This document shows positions 20,278-29,909 of a stretch of 64,000 nucleotides of DNA, piece by piece; the stretch's first letter is position 1; each line of letters starts with the position of its first letter. A program made the position numbers and the translations under genes. Under the pieces are notes generated by a model. It did not search any database. It saw only the letters and a list, made by a program, of their open reading frames with translations, and had not been told where the DNA came from. Source of the DNA: an uncultured Methanosarcinaceae archaeon (GTDB lineage Archaea > Halobacteriota > Methanosarcinia > Methanosarcinales > Methanosarcinaceae); contig CAWJYV010000007.1 in the NCBI GenBank assembly GCA_963847185.1, positions 224,001 to 288,000 of the forward strand, read 5' to 3'.

Positions 20278-21447
20278 TTATAATACAAATTTCTTTTCCA
20301 GCTCCGTAAGGTTCTCACAGCCATTCTCAGTAACCAGTACCATATCCTCGAGTCTGATTCCTCCGGTTTCAGGATAATAAAGGCCTGGTTCGATGGTAAT
20401 TACATTACCTGCCTCAAGCAGATCTCCGTTTTCTCCGACTGATGGCAGTTCATGTATGTCGAGTCCAACTCCATGTCCTGTGGAGTGGATAAATCCTGCC
20501 TTTGAACCGCTCCTGTACGTATCATAACCCTTATTTTCGAGTACGTCACAAACCGTGCTGTGAACTTCTGATGCGGGCACTCCAGGCTTAACCGTTTCAA
20601 GCCCTTTTTCCTGGGCTGCAAGTACAGCTTTATACATTTCTTTGAGTTCTTCCGAAGCCTCTCCGTGGAGCACTGTGCGCGTCATATCCGCAAAATAACG
20701 TTTTTTCTTGCTTCTCGGGAAAATGTCCAGAATAATCGGAGCATTCACCGTTAGAGGCCCACTCGTAGTTCCATGGGGGTTTGCCGTATCCTTCCCGCAT
20801 GAAACAATAGTTTCTTCGGCTTCGCATCCAAAATCAAGCAACGTATGGTCAATGATTGAATTTACTTTCTCCCCGGTAAGTACCTGCTCCTCATAATAGA
20901 GAACACCATCTTTTTCTTCTGCCCCTTCAATCACTGCTATGGCTGCCTTCATTGCGTTTTCTCCGGCCTTCTGTGCATATTTTATAGCCTCAATCTCCTC
21001 ATCTCTTTTAATACTCCTCATTTTCCTGAAAGGGCTTTTTAAGGGTACTATGGAAAAGCCTGCTCCTTTGAGGAAATTCGAATAGAATGTAGGAAAATCG
21101 TAAGGTACCGAAATTTTCTTGACTCCTTCTCCCTGGAGTAGTTCCGATACACAGGCTGCGTAGGCAATAGACGTGTCTTTTTTTTCCTTGACCTTCTCTC
21201 TGTATTTCAAATCCTGAAGCGTCTTTATATTGGAAATCCTGGACTCGATTTCAGCCCTTCCCTTTTCCATATCAGAAATAATAATTATTTCTCCGCCTTT
21301 TTCCGTCTGCAGATAAACAAAGTCATCCGAAGCCAGGAAATGGGTTGCATAGTAAATATCGGCATTATGGATATTCCCTGTCATCAGATATGCATCAGTT
21401 CCTGCTTCCTGAAGGGTCTTCTTAATGCTTAATTCTGTTCCTGTCAT
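20278..21447 (-). CDS. Xaa-Pro peptidase (M24 family)
   Basis: YFADMTRT, HSTGHGVGLDIHE, TIEPGLY, GIRLED. Confidence 0.92.
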   Translation of the reverse strand: MTGTELSIKKTLQEAGTDAYLMTGNIHNADIYYATHFLASDDFVYLQTEKGGEIIIISDMEKGRAEIESRISNIKTLQDLKYREKVKEKKDTSIAYAACVSELLQGEGVKKISVPYDFPTFYSNFLKGAGFSIVPLKSPFRKMRSIKRDEEIEAIKYAQKAGENAMKAAIAVIEGAEEKDGVLYYEEQVLTGEKVNSIIDHTLLDFGCEAEETIVSCGKDTANPHGTTSGPLTVNAPIILDIFPRSKKKRYFADMTRTVLHGEASEELKEMYKAVLAAQEKGLETVKPGVPASEVHSTVCDVLENKGYDTYRSGSKAGFIHSTGHGVGLDIHELPSVGENGDLLEAGNVITIEPGLYYPETGGIRLEDMVLVTENGCENLTELEKKFVL

Positions 21448-21511
21448 GCAGGGTAATTGAAGCGTATATGGATAAAATTCTTATTGTCAGGTTCTTTCCT
21501 GTCTATTGTTT

Positions 21512-22105
21512 TCAGGCATTCCCGTTTATTCTTATTACTTCTGCTTTTATTTCATGGTCCAAAATAAGAAGTTCTTCAAGCTTCTCAAAATAACGGTTCA
21601 AAGAGGCTGTCATCTCGTCCGAAAATCTGAGAAAACATGCATATTTTCTCCTTCCCCTCTCTTTCACCCATATTTTGTTTTCAGTCTTCTCTTCATCTCT
21701 TTCTTTCATGTTCCCCAAAATTTCTGAGGCACATCCAAGAATCATTCGAATGCTTGAACTCAGTTCCCTTCTCATTTTTTCTTTTTTAAACTCAAGGTAG
21801 TCCTGTGAAAGCCCTACACCTGGTAGCGAGCTTCTGTGAATCCAGTATTCATCGTTATTGAGATTAACTTCAACCACATCAGGAATTTTAATAGTTAATT
21901 CCTTCAGGTCTAATTCTAATTCTAGTTCCCTGAGTTTTTCAATCTCGAACTTCGAATTCTCAGGAGAGAATCCACTATCTAGAAAACAGAGACTCATCTC
22001 CATTTCTCTTCTAATCCATTCCGAAGTAAATTGTTTGGTAGCTTCAATAAAAATACGGGCTTCAATCTCCATTTTTTCTCTGGTGTCTTTCAATCTCTCT
22101 TGCAT
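21512..22105 (-). CDS. Hypothetical protein (helical, acidic)
   Basis: 197-aa ORF with ATG start; no recognised motif. Confidence 0.6.
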   Translation of the reverse strand: MQERLKDTREKMEIEARIFIEATKQFTSEWIRREMEMSLCFLDSGFSPENSKFEIEKLRELELELDLKELTIKIPDVVEVNLNNDEYWIHRSSLPGVGLSQDYLEFKKEKMRRELSSSIRMILGCASEILGNMKERDEEKTENKIWVKERGRRKYACFLRFSDEMTASLNRYFEKLEELLILDHEIKAEVIRINGNA

Positions 22106-22563
22106 GAAGTCAATTTTTTCCTTGGGAATACAGGAGTATCAGGAGTATCAGTTTCAATTTCAGGAGTCTTAGCTTCAATTTCCATCTCTTATATCTTTCC
22201 ACTTCTACCTTCTTTCCAATTTTCTATGTTTCTTTTCTCTTACATAATTTCTTTATTCAATTGTACTTCAGAGTTAAAGCTCTAAGGCTTATAAATATTC
22301 TAAATTTCTGAATCTCTTACTCAGTGAAAGCAAAAATGTAAATATTTCAGATGGAAATGAAAACAATGTAGCAGTAAAATGTTGCTCGTATTAAATTTCA
22401 CATGTATGAACAACTGCAAAAAATAAGAGCTTTAAAACGAGAAAAATAGCAACACTTTAGGGATAAACGTTGGTATTTTAGTGAAATCCTTCAAGTGCTG
22501 GTAAATTTAGGAGTTTTTTATCAAAGAAAGATCTGGTTAATCAAGAACTGATTTTTCCAGTTA

Positions 22564-23796
22564 TTATTTTGACTTCCTTACATACCCAAATATTCCTAAT
22601 ACTATTGCAAGTACCCAAACCGGGCTCATGAAAGGAGAGCTTTTTTCTTTTATCCCTGTATTATTTGTCTGATTCTCGGTTTGAGTTATAGGATTTAATA
22701 AAGGGGTACTGTTTGATTCTATAGTAGAATTGGATTGCGTTACTGGATCTATAAAATGCCCGGCAATTCCACAAGGACCTTTTCCTACATTCACAGTGGC
22801 TGTAACATTATTTGTTGCCGTGTCAATTATAGAGACATTATTGCTGGCATAGTTTGTCACATATGCTTTTTTTCCATCTGGAGTTACTGCGACTCCAACA
22901 GGCTTAACTCCCACAGGAATTGTAGCTATAACATTGTTACTTGCTGTATCAATTACAGAAACAGTATTAGAATCTTGGTTAACCACATATGCCTTTGTTC
23001 CTGCTGGGTTTACTGCAATTGAATAAGGACAGTCTCCTACATCCACAGTCGCAGTAACATTATTTGTTGCCGTGTCAATTACAGAGACATTATTGCTTAA
23101 TTCATTCGCTACGTATACTTTTGTTCCATCTGGGTTGACTATAACATCCCACGGGCCTTTTCCTACATTTACACTGGCTATAACATCTTTTGTGGCTATG
23201 TCAATTGCAGAGACAGTGTTGTTACGCCCATTCGTAACGTAGATTTTTTTCCCATCTGGGGTTACTGCAGCTCCGCAAGGATCAATTCCAACACTTAACG
23301 TTTCTATTACGCTGTTTGTGGCTGTGTCAATTACTGAGGCATTGGTACTATTGTGGATCGTCACATATACCCTTGTTCCTGCCGGATTAACTGCAATTCC
23401 CCAAGGGCATACTCCTACATTCACTGTGGTGTTAATTGTATTTGTGGCTGTGTCAATTACTGAGACATTAGTTGTGAGTAAGCCTGAATCCGCTACATAT
23501 ACTTTTGTTTCATCTGATGTGGCTACGATTCCCCAAGGAGAAACTGCAACAGGAATTGTAGCTGTAATAGTGTCCGTTGCTGTATCAATCACAGAGATAG
23601 TCTTGCTCTCTTCGTTTGTAATGTATGCAAATGGAGCTGCACCTGCAATACTAGCCAGTATTAAAATTGCAAGTGTTATTATCCCTAAAGATTTTATGAC
23701 TAAATGCTCTCTATGTGCTTTATTGGACACTGTCACAGATGAGAATGGAATCGAAAAGGCTGCAATCGGTATTGTTAATATAGTTCTACTTTTCAT
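22564..23796 (-). CDS. YVTN beta-propeller surface protein with C-terminal TM/basic sorting signal
   Basis: Seven YVTN-type repeats (e.g. VYVANELSNNVSVIDTATN), S/T/N linker, PFMSPVWVLAIVLGIFGYVRKSK tail. Confidence 0.9.
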   Translation of the reverse strand: MKSRTILTIPIAAFSIPFSSVTVSNKAHREHLVIKSLGIITLAILILASIAGAAPFAYITNEESKTISVIDTATDTITATIPVAVSPWGIVATSDETKVYVADSGLLTTNVSVIDTATNTINTTVNVGVCPWGIAVNPAGTRVYVTIHNSTNASVIDTATNSVIETLSVGIDPCGAAVTPDGKKIYVTNGRNNTVSAIDIATKDVIASVNVGKGPWDVIVNPDGTKVYVANELSNNVSVIDTATNNVTATVDVGDCPYSIAVNPAGTKAYVVNQDSNTVSVIDTASNNVIATIPVGVKPVGVAVTPDGKKAYVTNYASNNVSIIDTATNNVTATVNVGKGPCGIAGHFIDPVTQSNSTIESNSTPLLNPITQTENQTNNTGIKEKSSPFMSPVWVLAIVLGIFGYVRKSK

Positions 23797-24337
23797 CTTT
23801 TATCCCCGATCAGTTTTTTTTCATGCTTGTTTGTTAATAAATTTGGACTTCGGATATTTTTCTAAAATATTCATCAATTTAGACTGATTTTCACTTAAAA
23901 GTTACTTCTAAAGATAAATATATAATTAATATTTGAAAAGTGATAAATAAAAAAAGTAAAAAGTATTATTCTGTGTATATCTTTTCAAGATTAAATTTTT
24001 AAAGTTCTTATTACAAATTCAACCCTAATTATTGTATTACGCATTTTCCAAAAATATAAAATTATGAAATTTTACTGCGGAAAATGCGTTACATCATTTG
24101 GCTGTGCACTTGCTGATGCTACTGTTAATGAAGTTACAAAAAAGACCAGCGTAAAAGCCTACAGGACCTTTATATTTTATTTAACATTTTACTAACTCCT
24201 GAGAATTTCGAAAAAAACCTAATTTGTTTAATTTAGAGTTACAATTTGCTGGAATTGGAGTTTTATTGATATTCTCCTTTTATTTTTACTCAATGAATTC
24301 AATTAGACTATAAGACACATTTATCTCATTTTCTTAT

Positions 24338-24394
24338 TTATCCAAACTTATACCCGGGCTACCTACTTCCTGGCGCTTCAATAGCCTTCTGATT
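24338..24394 (-). pseudogene. Short decayed remnant NQKAIEAPGSR*PGYKFG*
   Basis: Homologous to the 3' end of the remnant at 24846-24976, with an internal stop. Confidence 0.5.
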
Positions 24395-24633
24395 CGGTAG
24401 GTTTGTTAATTTTTTACCCTGAACTATTCTTCAGGAGGATTTGTTATTTAAGTTTTATAGAACAGAATGACGTAGTTAGATTGTAAAAATGAACGCCGTT
24501 TCGTAGATGTGCAGGGAGCTTTGAGGGGGGCTCCCTGCAATTCAAAATCTTCTTTTTCTAATTGTTATTTCCTTATAATTTCAAAAAAATTAATATTAGG
24601 AGACATGAAATACATGTGCCCTGTGACGTTTTT
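24386..24633. repeat. ~248-bp direct repeat, copy 1 (palindrome + TATA + GC hairpin + T-tract)
   Basis: Colinear with 25894-26141; 50 bp identical core at 24500-24549. Confidence 0.9.
24483..24557 (+). ncRNA. Candidate small RNA, copy 1
   Basis: TTTAAGTTTTATA at 24447-24459, perfect 10-bp stem TGCAGGGAGC/GCTCCCTGCA (24510-24539), then TTCTTTTT. Ends are approximate. Confidence 0.45.
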
Positions 24634-24845
24634 ATACCATGGTTAAAATACGAAGCAGAACTTTGGAAGCAGAACTTTGCGTTAAGGCCTGCCAAAAACT
24701 GCAAATAAAGTACTAGCGTCAAGAACAAAAATCATGCCCTTTTCACCTCTTCTTAATTACTCTTTTTCTATGAGGTGGTTTAAGAACATTAGGCATTTAA
24801 TTTTTTTTGCATTTTATAGTGTCAGAATGTCAACCATTGACTTCA

Positions 24846-24976
24846 TCAAAACTTATACCATGGCTTCTTACTACCGGGTGCTTCTATTGCCTTCTGATTA
24901 ATTGATGTTTGAATCTGCAGAAAATAATTTTATACGTTGTTTTAAGGTCCTCTTTATCCAGGCTGGCTTTATCGAG
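24846..24976 (-). pseudogene. Frameshifted C-terminal remnant of a coiled-coil protein ending KPWYKF
   Basis: LDKASLDKEDLKTTY / NYFLQIQTSINQKAIEAPGSKKPWYKF* with a 1-nt frameshift and an upstream in-frame stop. Confidence 0.6.
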
Positions 24977-25061
24977 TTATTTTTATGGGGGAACAATAGC
25001 ACCTTTAATCTGGCAAATTAGGCACAATAACCTTTTAAAATTGATCTTTTTGAGGCCCTAT

Positions 25062-25616
25062 TTAATATAGAAGTCCCAAGTGATTGAGCTCTTTCCGGAG
25101 GATCCGTAGAGCCTCCTCGCAATCCTCCGTAACTTTTCCACCTGCGATTACCACCTTGCCAGAACTGAAAATGAGCATTACTACCTTGGGAACCTCTATC
25201 CTGTAAACAAGCCCGGGAAATACTTCTGGCTCATACTCGACGTTTTCCATGCCAAAGGCCATAACAACAGCGTTCAGGTTTAAATTCGTCTTTAAATCTG
25301 CGGAGGCTACAATGTTCTGAATATGAATCTCAGGCTCATGATCTATTTTTTCGCAGCCTATGAACTTGAGTGTATTAATCAGATTTATTATAGCCGTGCG
25401 AACGTTCTCGATATTTTTTAATCCTGTGCATACCACTTTTCCGGAAGTGAAAATCAGAAAGCATGCTTTGGGATCCTCAATTCTGTAAACAAGGCCGGGG
25501 AACTTCACTTTGTTATATTCTGCACTTTCAAGCCTGGCTTTGATCTTATTCAAATCGAAATCTTCTCCCAGCTTAGTGGATGCTACTATGTTCTGGATAT
25601 CAATCATGGACTCCAT
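25062..25616 (-). CDS. tbp: TATA-box-binding protein (accessory paralog)
   Basis: Two TBP repeats: QNIVAS...FPGLVYR...LIFTSGKVV and QNIVAS...FPGLVYR...LIFSSGKVV. Confidence 0.95.
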   Translation of the reverse strand: MESMIDIQNIVASTKLGEDFDLNKIKARLESAEYNKVKFPGLVYRIEDPKACFLIFTSGKVVCTGLKNIENVRTAIINLINTLKFIGCEKIDHEPEIHIQNIVASADLKTNLNLNAVVMAFGMENVEYEPEVFPGLVYRIEVPKVVMLIFSSGKVVIAGGKVTEDCEEALRILRKELNHLGLLY

Positions 25617-25893
25617 GCAAAACTGTCTTAAATGTTCAATAGATGTAGTTGTCGGTTTAAGACATAAAATGATTAAATAAATTACTAATGTATATGTGAC
25701 AAACTGTCCAGATCAAATATTATAGCGAATTTCGATAAACCCCAATTTTTAGCTGGTTGTATATAAAATAGTATATAACCATTTTGTTGAAATCAGAGGT
25801 TTATTGCAATCTCCTATATATATCACAAAATTATTTTTAAATAAAAAACTTACCACAACTTCAAAAACAGTTTTTCTCTTGTTTCTCTATAAT

Positions 25894-26141
25894 CTTCTGA
25901 TTCGATAAGTTTGTTAATTTTTTTGCTCTGAATTATTCTTCAGGATGATTTCTTCTTTAAGTTTTATAAAAAAGAAAGACGTAGTTAGATTGCAAGATAA
26001 ACCTAGATTCGTAGATGTGCAGGGAGCTTTGAGGGGGGCTCCCTGCAATTCAAAATCCTTTTTTTCTAATTGCTATTTCCTCATTTTATCTCTTAAAATT
26101 AGTATGGGAAACATGGAATACATGTTTCTGATGATGTTTTT
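25894..26141. repeat. ~248-bp direct repeat, copy 2
   Basis: Colinear with 24386-24633; identical core at 26008-26057. Confidence 0.9.
25991..26065 (+). ncRNA. Candidate small RNA, copy 2
   Basis: TTTAAGTTTTATA at 25956-25968, same hairpin at 26018-26047, then a T7 tract. Ends are approximate. Confidence 0.45.
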
Positions 26142-26377
26142 TCTGAACTCGAATGTTCTATGTCTTGGAGAAATATGGTAGTTTTGAGCGATAAACCCAA
26201 TATGGAGTGCAAAAAGATAATTTTCGTTTTTCTGAATAGCAATGTTTGATACAACATTGCCTTTGATAATTTGATTATTTGCCGTTGAACTATAAAGTTA
26301 ACATCTTAGTAGGGTCATACCTGAAGCAATGTCTTATGAGAGTGCTTTTACCGATACAAGCCTTAAAATCCTCTTTT

Positions 26378-27508
26378 TTAGCTTTTGAGAGAATGTCTAA
26401 TTATACACCGAGGCTTCTGCTTCAAATTATGGACCGCGACTTCTGCCAGGTCAGATCCTCCCCGGAAATTATATTTTGTATTACCTTTTACGAAACCGCT
26501 AATGAGTCCTGTCTCCGGAGAATACTCGATAAATGAATTATTCCCCTGGACAATGCCTCTGATTGTGATGTCGTCGGAAGCTGAGGTCATATTATATTTG
26601 CCTGTATTCCCGTCAGAAACCGTAAGCAAACGGACCTGTTCTGAGGTATCTACGGTAATCCCATCACTATTCAGAACAGTTGCGTATTTCTGGGTCACGT
26701 TGTACGACATGTTAGTTCTCGCCCACTTAGCCCAGTTCTCTGTCAGTGAAGATGCGATTCTACCGTCAGCATAGAGAACATAGGGAATGGTTATATTATG
26801 TGTAGTTTGGTTGACATTGCCTAAGATGAGGTTTCCTTTCTGACAGAGCATAACAATCCCGGCTGTCCCGTCCTCTGCAACCGTGTCGATATATCCGGTA
26901 AACGGTGTGAATGTTGTTTTCCCATGTGCAGTAATTTTTCCGGTAAACACGTTTCCTTCCTGGCTGTCTATCTTGTAAACACTGTTCTGGGCAGTTGTCC
27001 AGGCCCCGGTAAGATCAGGGAGTGCCGTTCTGTCATCGGGAATTGTCTTTCCGTTACGAACTGCGAGATCCGTCTGGACCATGAGAACCCCGCCTGAATT
27101 GGCGATCATCTTCGTTGAGAAAACGTCATCAGATTCTATAATCCCGCTTCTGAACAATTTGGTGTTCCCTTCATTTCCATAGCTGAAGAAATGTGTACCG
27201 TGTTTATCGTCAATGGCAAAGAATAAAGGAGAGCTGGAATCCTCCACGATCGTAAACAACCTGTCATACTGAGTGACGGTGTAAACTTTTCCTGAGTTGT
27301 CTGTGGTAAATCCGCCGGACGCTGAGTCGTAGGTGATACCTGATACGGTTGTAAAAACTCCATTGATGTTATATGGTACTTGCTTTAACCCGGTATCTGT
27401 TACCAGGTGTTCAGGATTGACATAGCTCGCGGTGGTTGTTCCTGCAATTAGAAAAAGAATTGCCAGGGACAGACTCAACGCAGTAGATATCTTGTGAATT
27501 GCTTTCAT
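26378..27508 (-). CDS. Hypothetical secreted beta-rich protein
   Basis: GAGGA RBS, Sec-type signal (MKAIHK...LAILFLIAGTTTA), T/G/S-rich; 376 aa. Confidence 0.75.
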   Translation of the reverse strand: MKAIHKISTALSLSLAILFLIAGTTTASYVNPEHLVTDTGLKQVPYNINGVFTTVSGITYDSASGGFTTDNSGKVYTVTQYDRLFTIVEDSSSPLFFAIDDKHGTHFFSYGNEGNTKLFRSGIIESDDVFSTKMIANSGGVLMVQTDLAVRNGKTIPDDRTALPDLTGAWTTAQNSVYKIDSQEGNVFTGKITAHGKTTFTPFTGYIDTVAEDGTAGIVMLCQKGNLILGNVNQTTHNITIPYVLYADGRIASSLTENWAKWARTNMSYNVTQKYATVLNSDGITVDTSEQVRLLTVSDGNTGKYNMTSASDDITIRGIVQGNNSFIEYSPETGLISGFVKGNTKYNFRGGSDLAEVAVHNLKQKPRCIIRHSLKS

Positions 27509-27701
27509 TTCTCATTCCTCCTAGTTTTTTTCATCACATTTTACAGGAATTTTGTAATTTTAAATGTTAGCATGTTGTACTATGATGTTTGAACAGGCTT
27601 ATTTTTCTGGCTTTCTATCACGTTTTCAGGGAAGGAATTGAGTTCTTTTTAGAAAGGATTCTCTAATGGGCTTGTTATTGGATGATATCTGAAGATTAGG
27701 A

Positions 27702-27815
27702 TAGGACTTACGCACTTGAGGGTTGAAATCAAGCACATGCAAACTAGTCGGTAGAATTTTGATACAGTTAAGTATTTTTCCGTTTTTGTTTTTCAGTTCA
27801 ACTGCGTAAGTCCTA
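27702..27815. mobile_element. MITE-like element, 114 bp
   Basis: 18-bp terminal inverted repeats TAGGACTTACGCACTTGA / TCAACTGCGTAAGTCCTA (1 mismatch), flanked by direct repeat TAGGA (27697-27701, 27816-27820); no ORF inside. Confidence 0.8.
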
Positions 27816-27881
27816 TAGGAAAAAGAAGACTTTTTTCAATAATATATAATCCAAAAGGAGAATGAAGTTTGAAAACCGGAT

Positions 27882-28232
27882 TTATTTTTTATATCCAAAT
27901 TTTTTGTCGTATTTTTTATGATTAATTATGTCAAGAACTAATACGATAATTTCAATACCTGAATTTCCTGCAGTAAGTGTATAAAGCATTCTCCAAAAAT
28001 ACGGAAGTTCAACTCTAAACAGGTTTGTGATTCCATATTTAGTCTTATATTCGGCAGGAATTAGTTTTTTGGCAATAGGCTGTCAATAGTGAATATTTTC
28101 CTTTAGTAAATCTACTTTCTGAAGAAACGCATTAAGGATAACGTCTTCTTGCTTTGAGTCTGACGCTTTTTACGTGAATCTATGATATGCATCTGCAGCC
28201 TCAGGGGTAAGAATTACTCTGACAGATTTCAT
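27882..28232 (-). pseudogene. RelE/ParE-like toxin pseudogene with two in-frame stops
   Basis: MKSVRVILTPEAADAY...T*K...HY*QPIAKKLIP...NLFRVELPYFWRMLYTL...VLDIINHKKYDKKFGYKK; stops at codons 21 (TAA) and 50 (TGA); ATGA overlap with the upstream gene. Confidence 0.7.
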
Positions 28233-28507
28233 AGCTCAATTCCATGAGTCACTGCCTTTCTCAAATTTTCATTTCTGCTGTGAATCCAGGTTATTCCTTT
28301 AAGTCCAACTGCAATTTTATTCCCTTGTTCAAGATAATCCAAAATAACCATCAAAGTATTGTGATTAACCTGTTTAGGCAGCATCCTTTTTAGTTCTGCA
28401 ACTGTTATGACACTGTCTTGGCTGTTTTTGAGAGTGTCTTCCACCATAAGAATGGTATTCAGAGTAGGGGAAGGTCTTGTTTTATCAGAACTTATTGCTT
28501 CTGCCAT
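28229..28507 (-). CDS. Small winged-helix protein, probable antitoxin partner
   Basis: GGAGG RBS before MAEAISS; PTLNTILMVE...ITVAELKRMLP...TLMVILDYLE wHTH-like; coupled to the RelE-like frame. Confidence 0.7.
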   Translation of the reverse strand: MAEAISSDKTRPSPTLNTILMVEDTLKNSQDSVITVAELKRMLPKQVNHNTLMVILDYLEQGNKIAVGLKGITWIHSRNENLRKAVTHGIEL

Positions 28508-29909
28508 TTTATGCCTCCAGAGTATTTGTAATAGATTATGATACATCACATTTTATTATTTGTACATAAGAATTAGTTATTGATTAATATCAAATTGATA
28601 TTTGTAAATACTTATGTTTTTCGGGTATAGTATCATAAAAATTTTTATTCTGGATTTCTGACAGCGTTTTACTCTAAAACTTTATTGATTTTTTTGTTTA
28701 GCCACGTAGTTCTTGCCTACTTGCAGCTATAGCTCCAAATAATAGTGCTATAAAAATCGAATCGCAGAGAGTTGAGAACGTTAAATTTTTAAATTTTAAA
28801 AAATATATGATTGAGGCTGCAAATGTTATTACAAATATGACAATTCCTAACTCTACATTCATCTTGTTTCTATATGCTTGACATATAAAATAACTTTTCT
28901 ATGAAGCGTTTTTTCTAATACTTATAGCAACGTTTTGGGTAAAATGTTGCTATTTTTCTGCTTTTGAGGCTTAATTGTAGTTCGAACTAAAAGAATCAGC
29001 AAAAAACATCTCTGCAGAGCAGGGCCACAAAAAAGGGTGTTGTTTTCTCAGAAAATAAGTGGAAACATCCTGGAAAACTAGTGTGTAGGGTTATTACATG
29101 CGGTTTCTGCCATTAATTTATTTTAGTTGAATACCCACTAGATTGCTACAGGGTGTGCCAGCGCAACTTTGATTGTTCTAATTTCCTTTAATCGAAATAC
29201 TCTAAAATTTTCCTTCAAAAATTTCATTTTTCTGGCGATTCTTCCGAAATCTCTTTTTTTCTTATTTCCTCTGTACTTCTTAATTAAGTAATGGATAAAT
29301 CAATAGCATTAAAAACAATGTTAGATATGTGATTTTAAGCTTGCTATGTTTTCATTATAATAAAAAGTTGCTAAATATTACATCGGCAGAAGGAAACTAA
29401 GTTATTCTGGTATGATGTGGAATGATTTTGTTCGCAAACACACACTTTGAACCCTCTATCAAAACTAAGAAAGTTTTGTTTATGCTCTCATCTGTTATTT
29501 TTTTAGATCTTGTGTTTCGTGATTTATATAGTATTCAGTCTCATTGAGTACTGTTAAGGAGTCATATTAAGCCTTTAAATGAAAAAAGAAGCATTGTAAA
29601 TTGTACATTGTACAACCAAAGGTTAAATACTAGAATTGACATTTATACTCTTTGAAAGCTCTCTAAAAAACAGATGAACGGGGAGATAAAAGGCTAAGTA
29701 CAAAAGAAGAATATGCGTTTACATCTCTCGGTTATAAAATTTATCTGTTAAGTAAACCCCGTAGTTACTTAACAAGTGAGCTAAAAACGTTGTTTTCCAA
29801 AAGAAGTGAGTATATGCCCCCGTTGGAATCCTTATTATAGATGTAAAACTGATATTTCAGGGAAGTACCGCAAATACTTCCCTGAATAGTTAGTAAAGCC
29901 GGTAATAAT

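Noticed and set aside
22564-23660. DGR template/variable repeat pair with the YVTN region at 37030-37940
   Set aside because: Similarity follows the coding periodicity of YVTN repeats; no reverse transcriptase is present and no adenine-specific mismatch pattern was evident.
25945-26181. 78-aa + strand ORF across repeat copy 2
   Set aside because: The equivalent frame is not preserved in copy 1; conservation tracks the hairpin and promoter, not codons.
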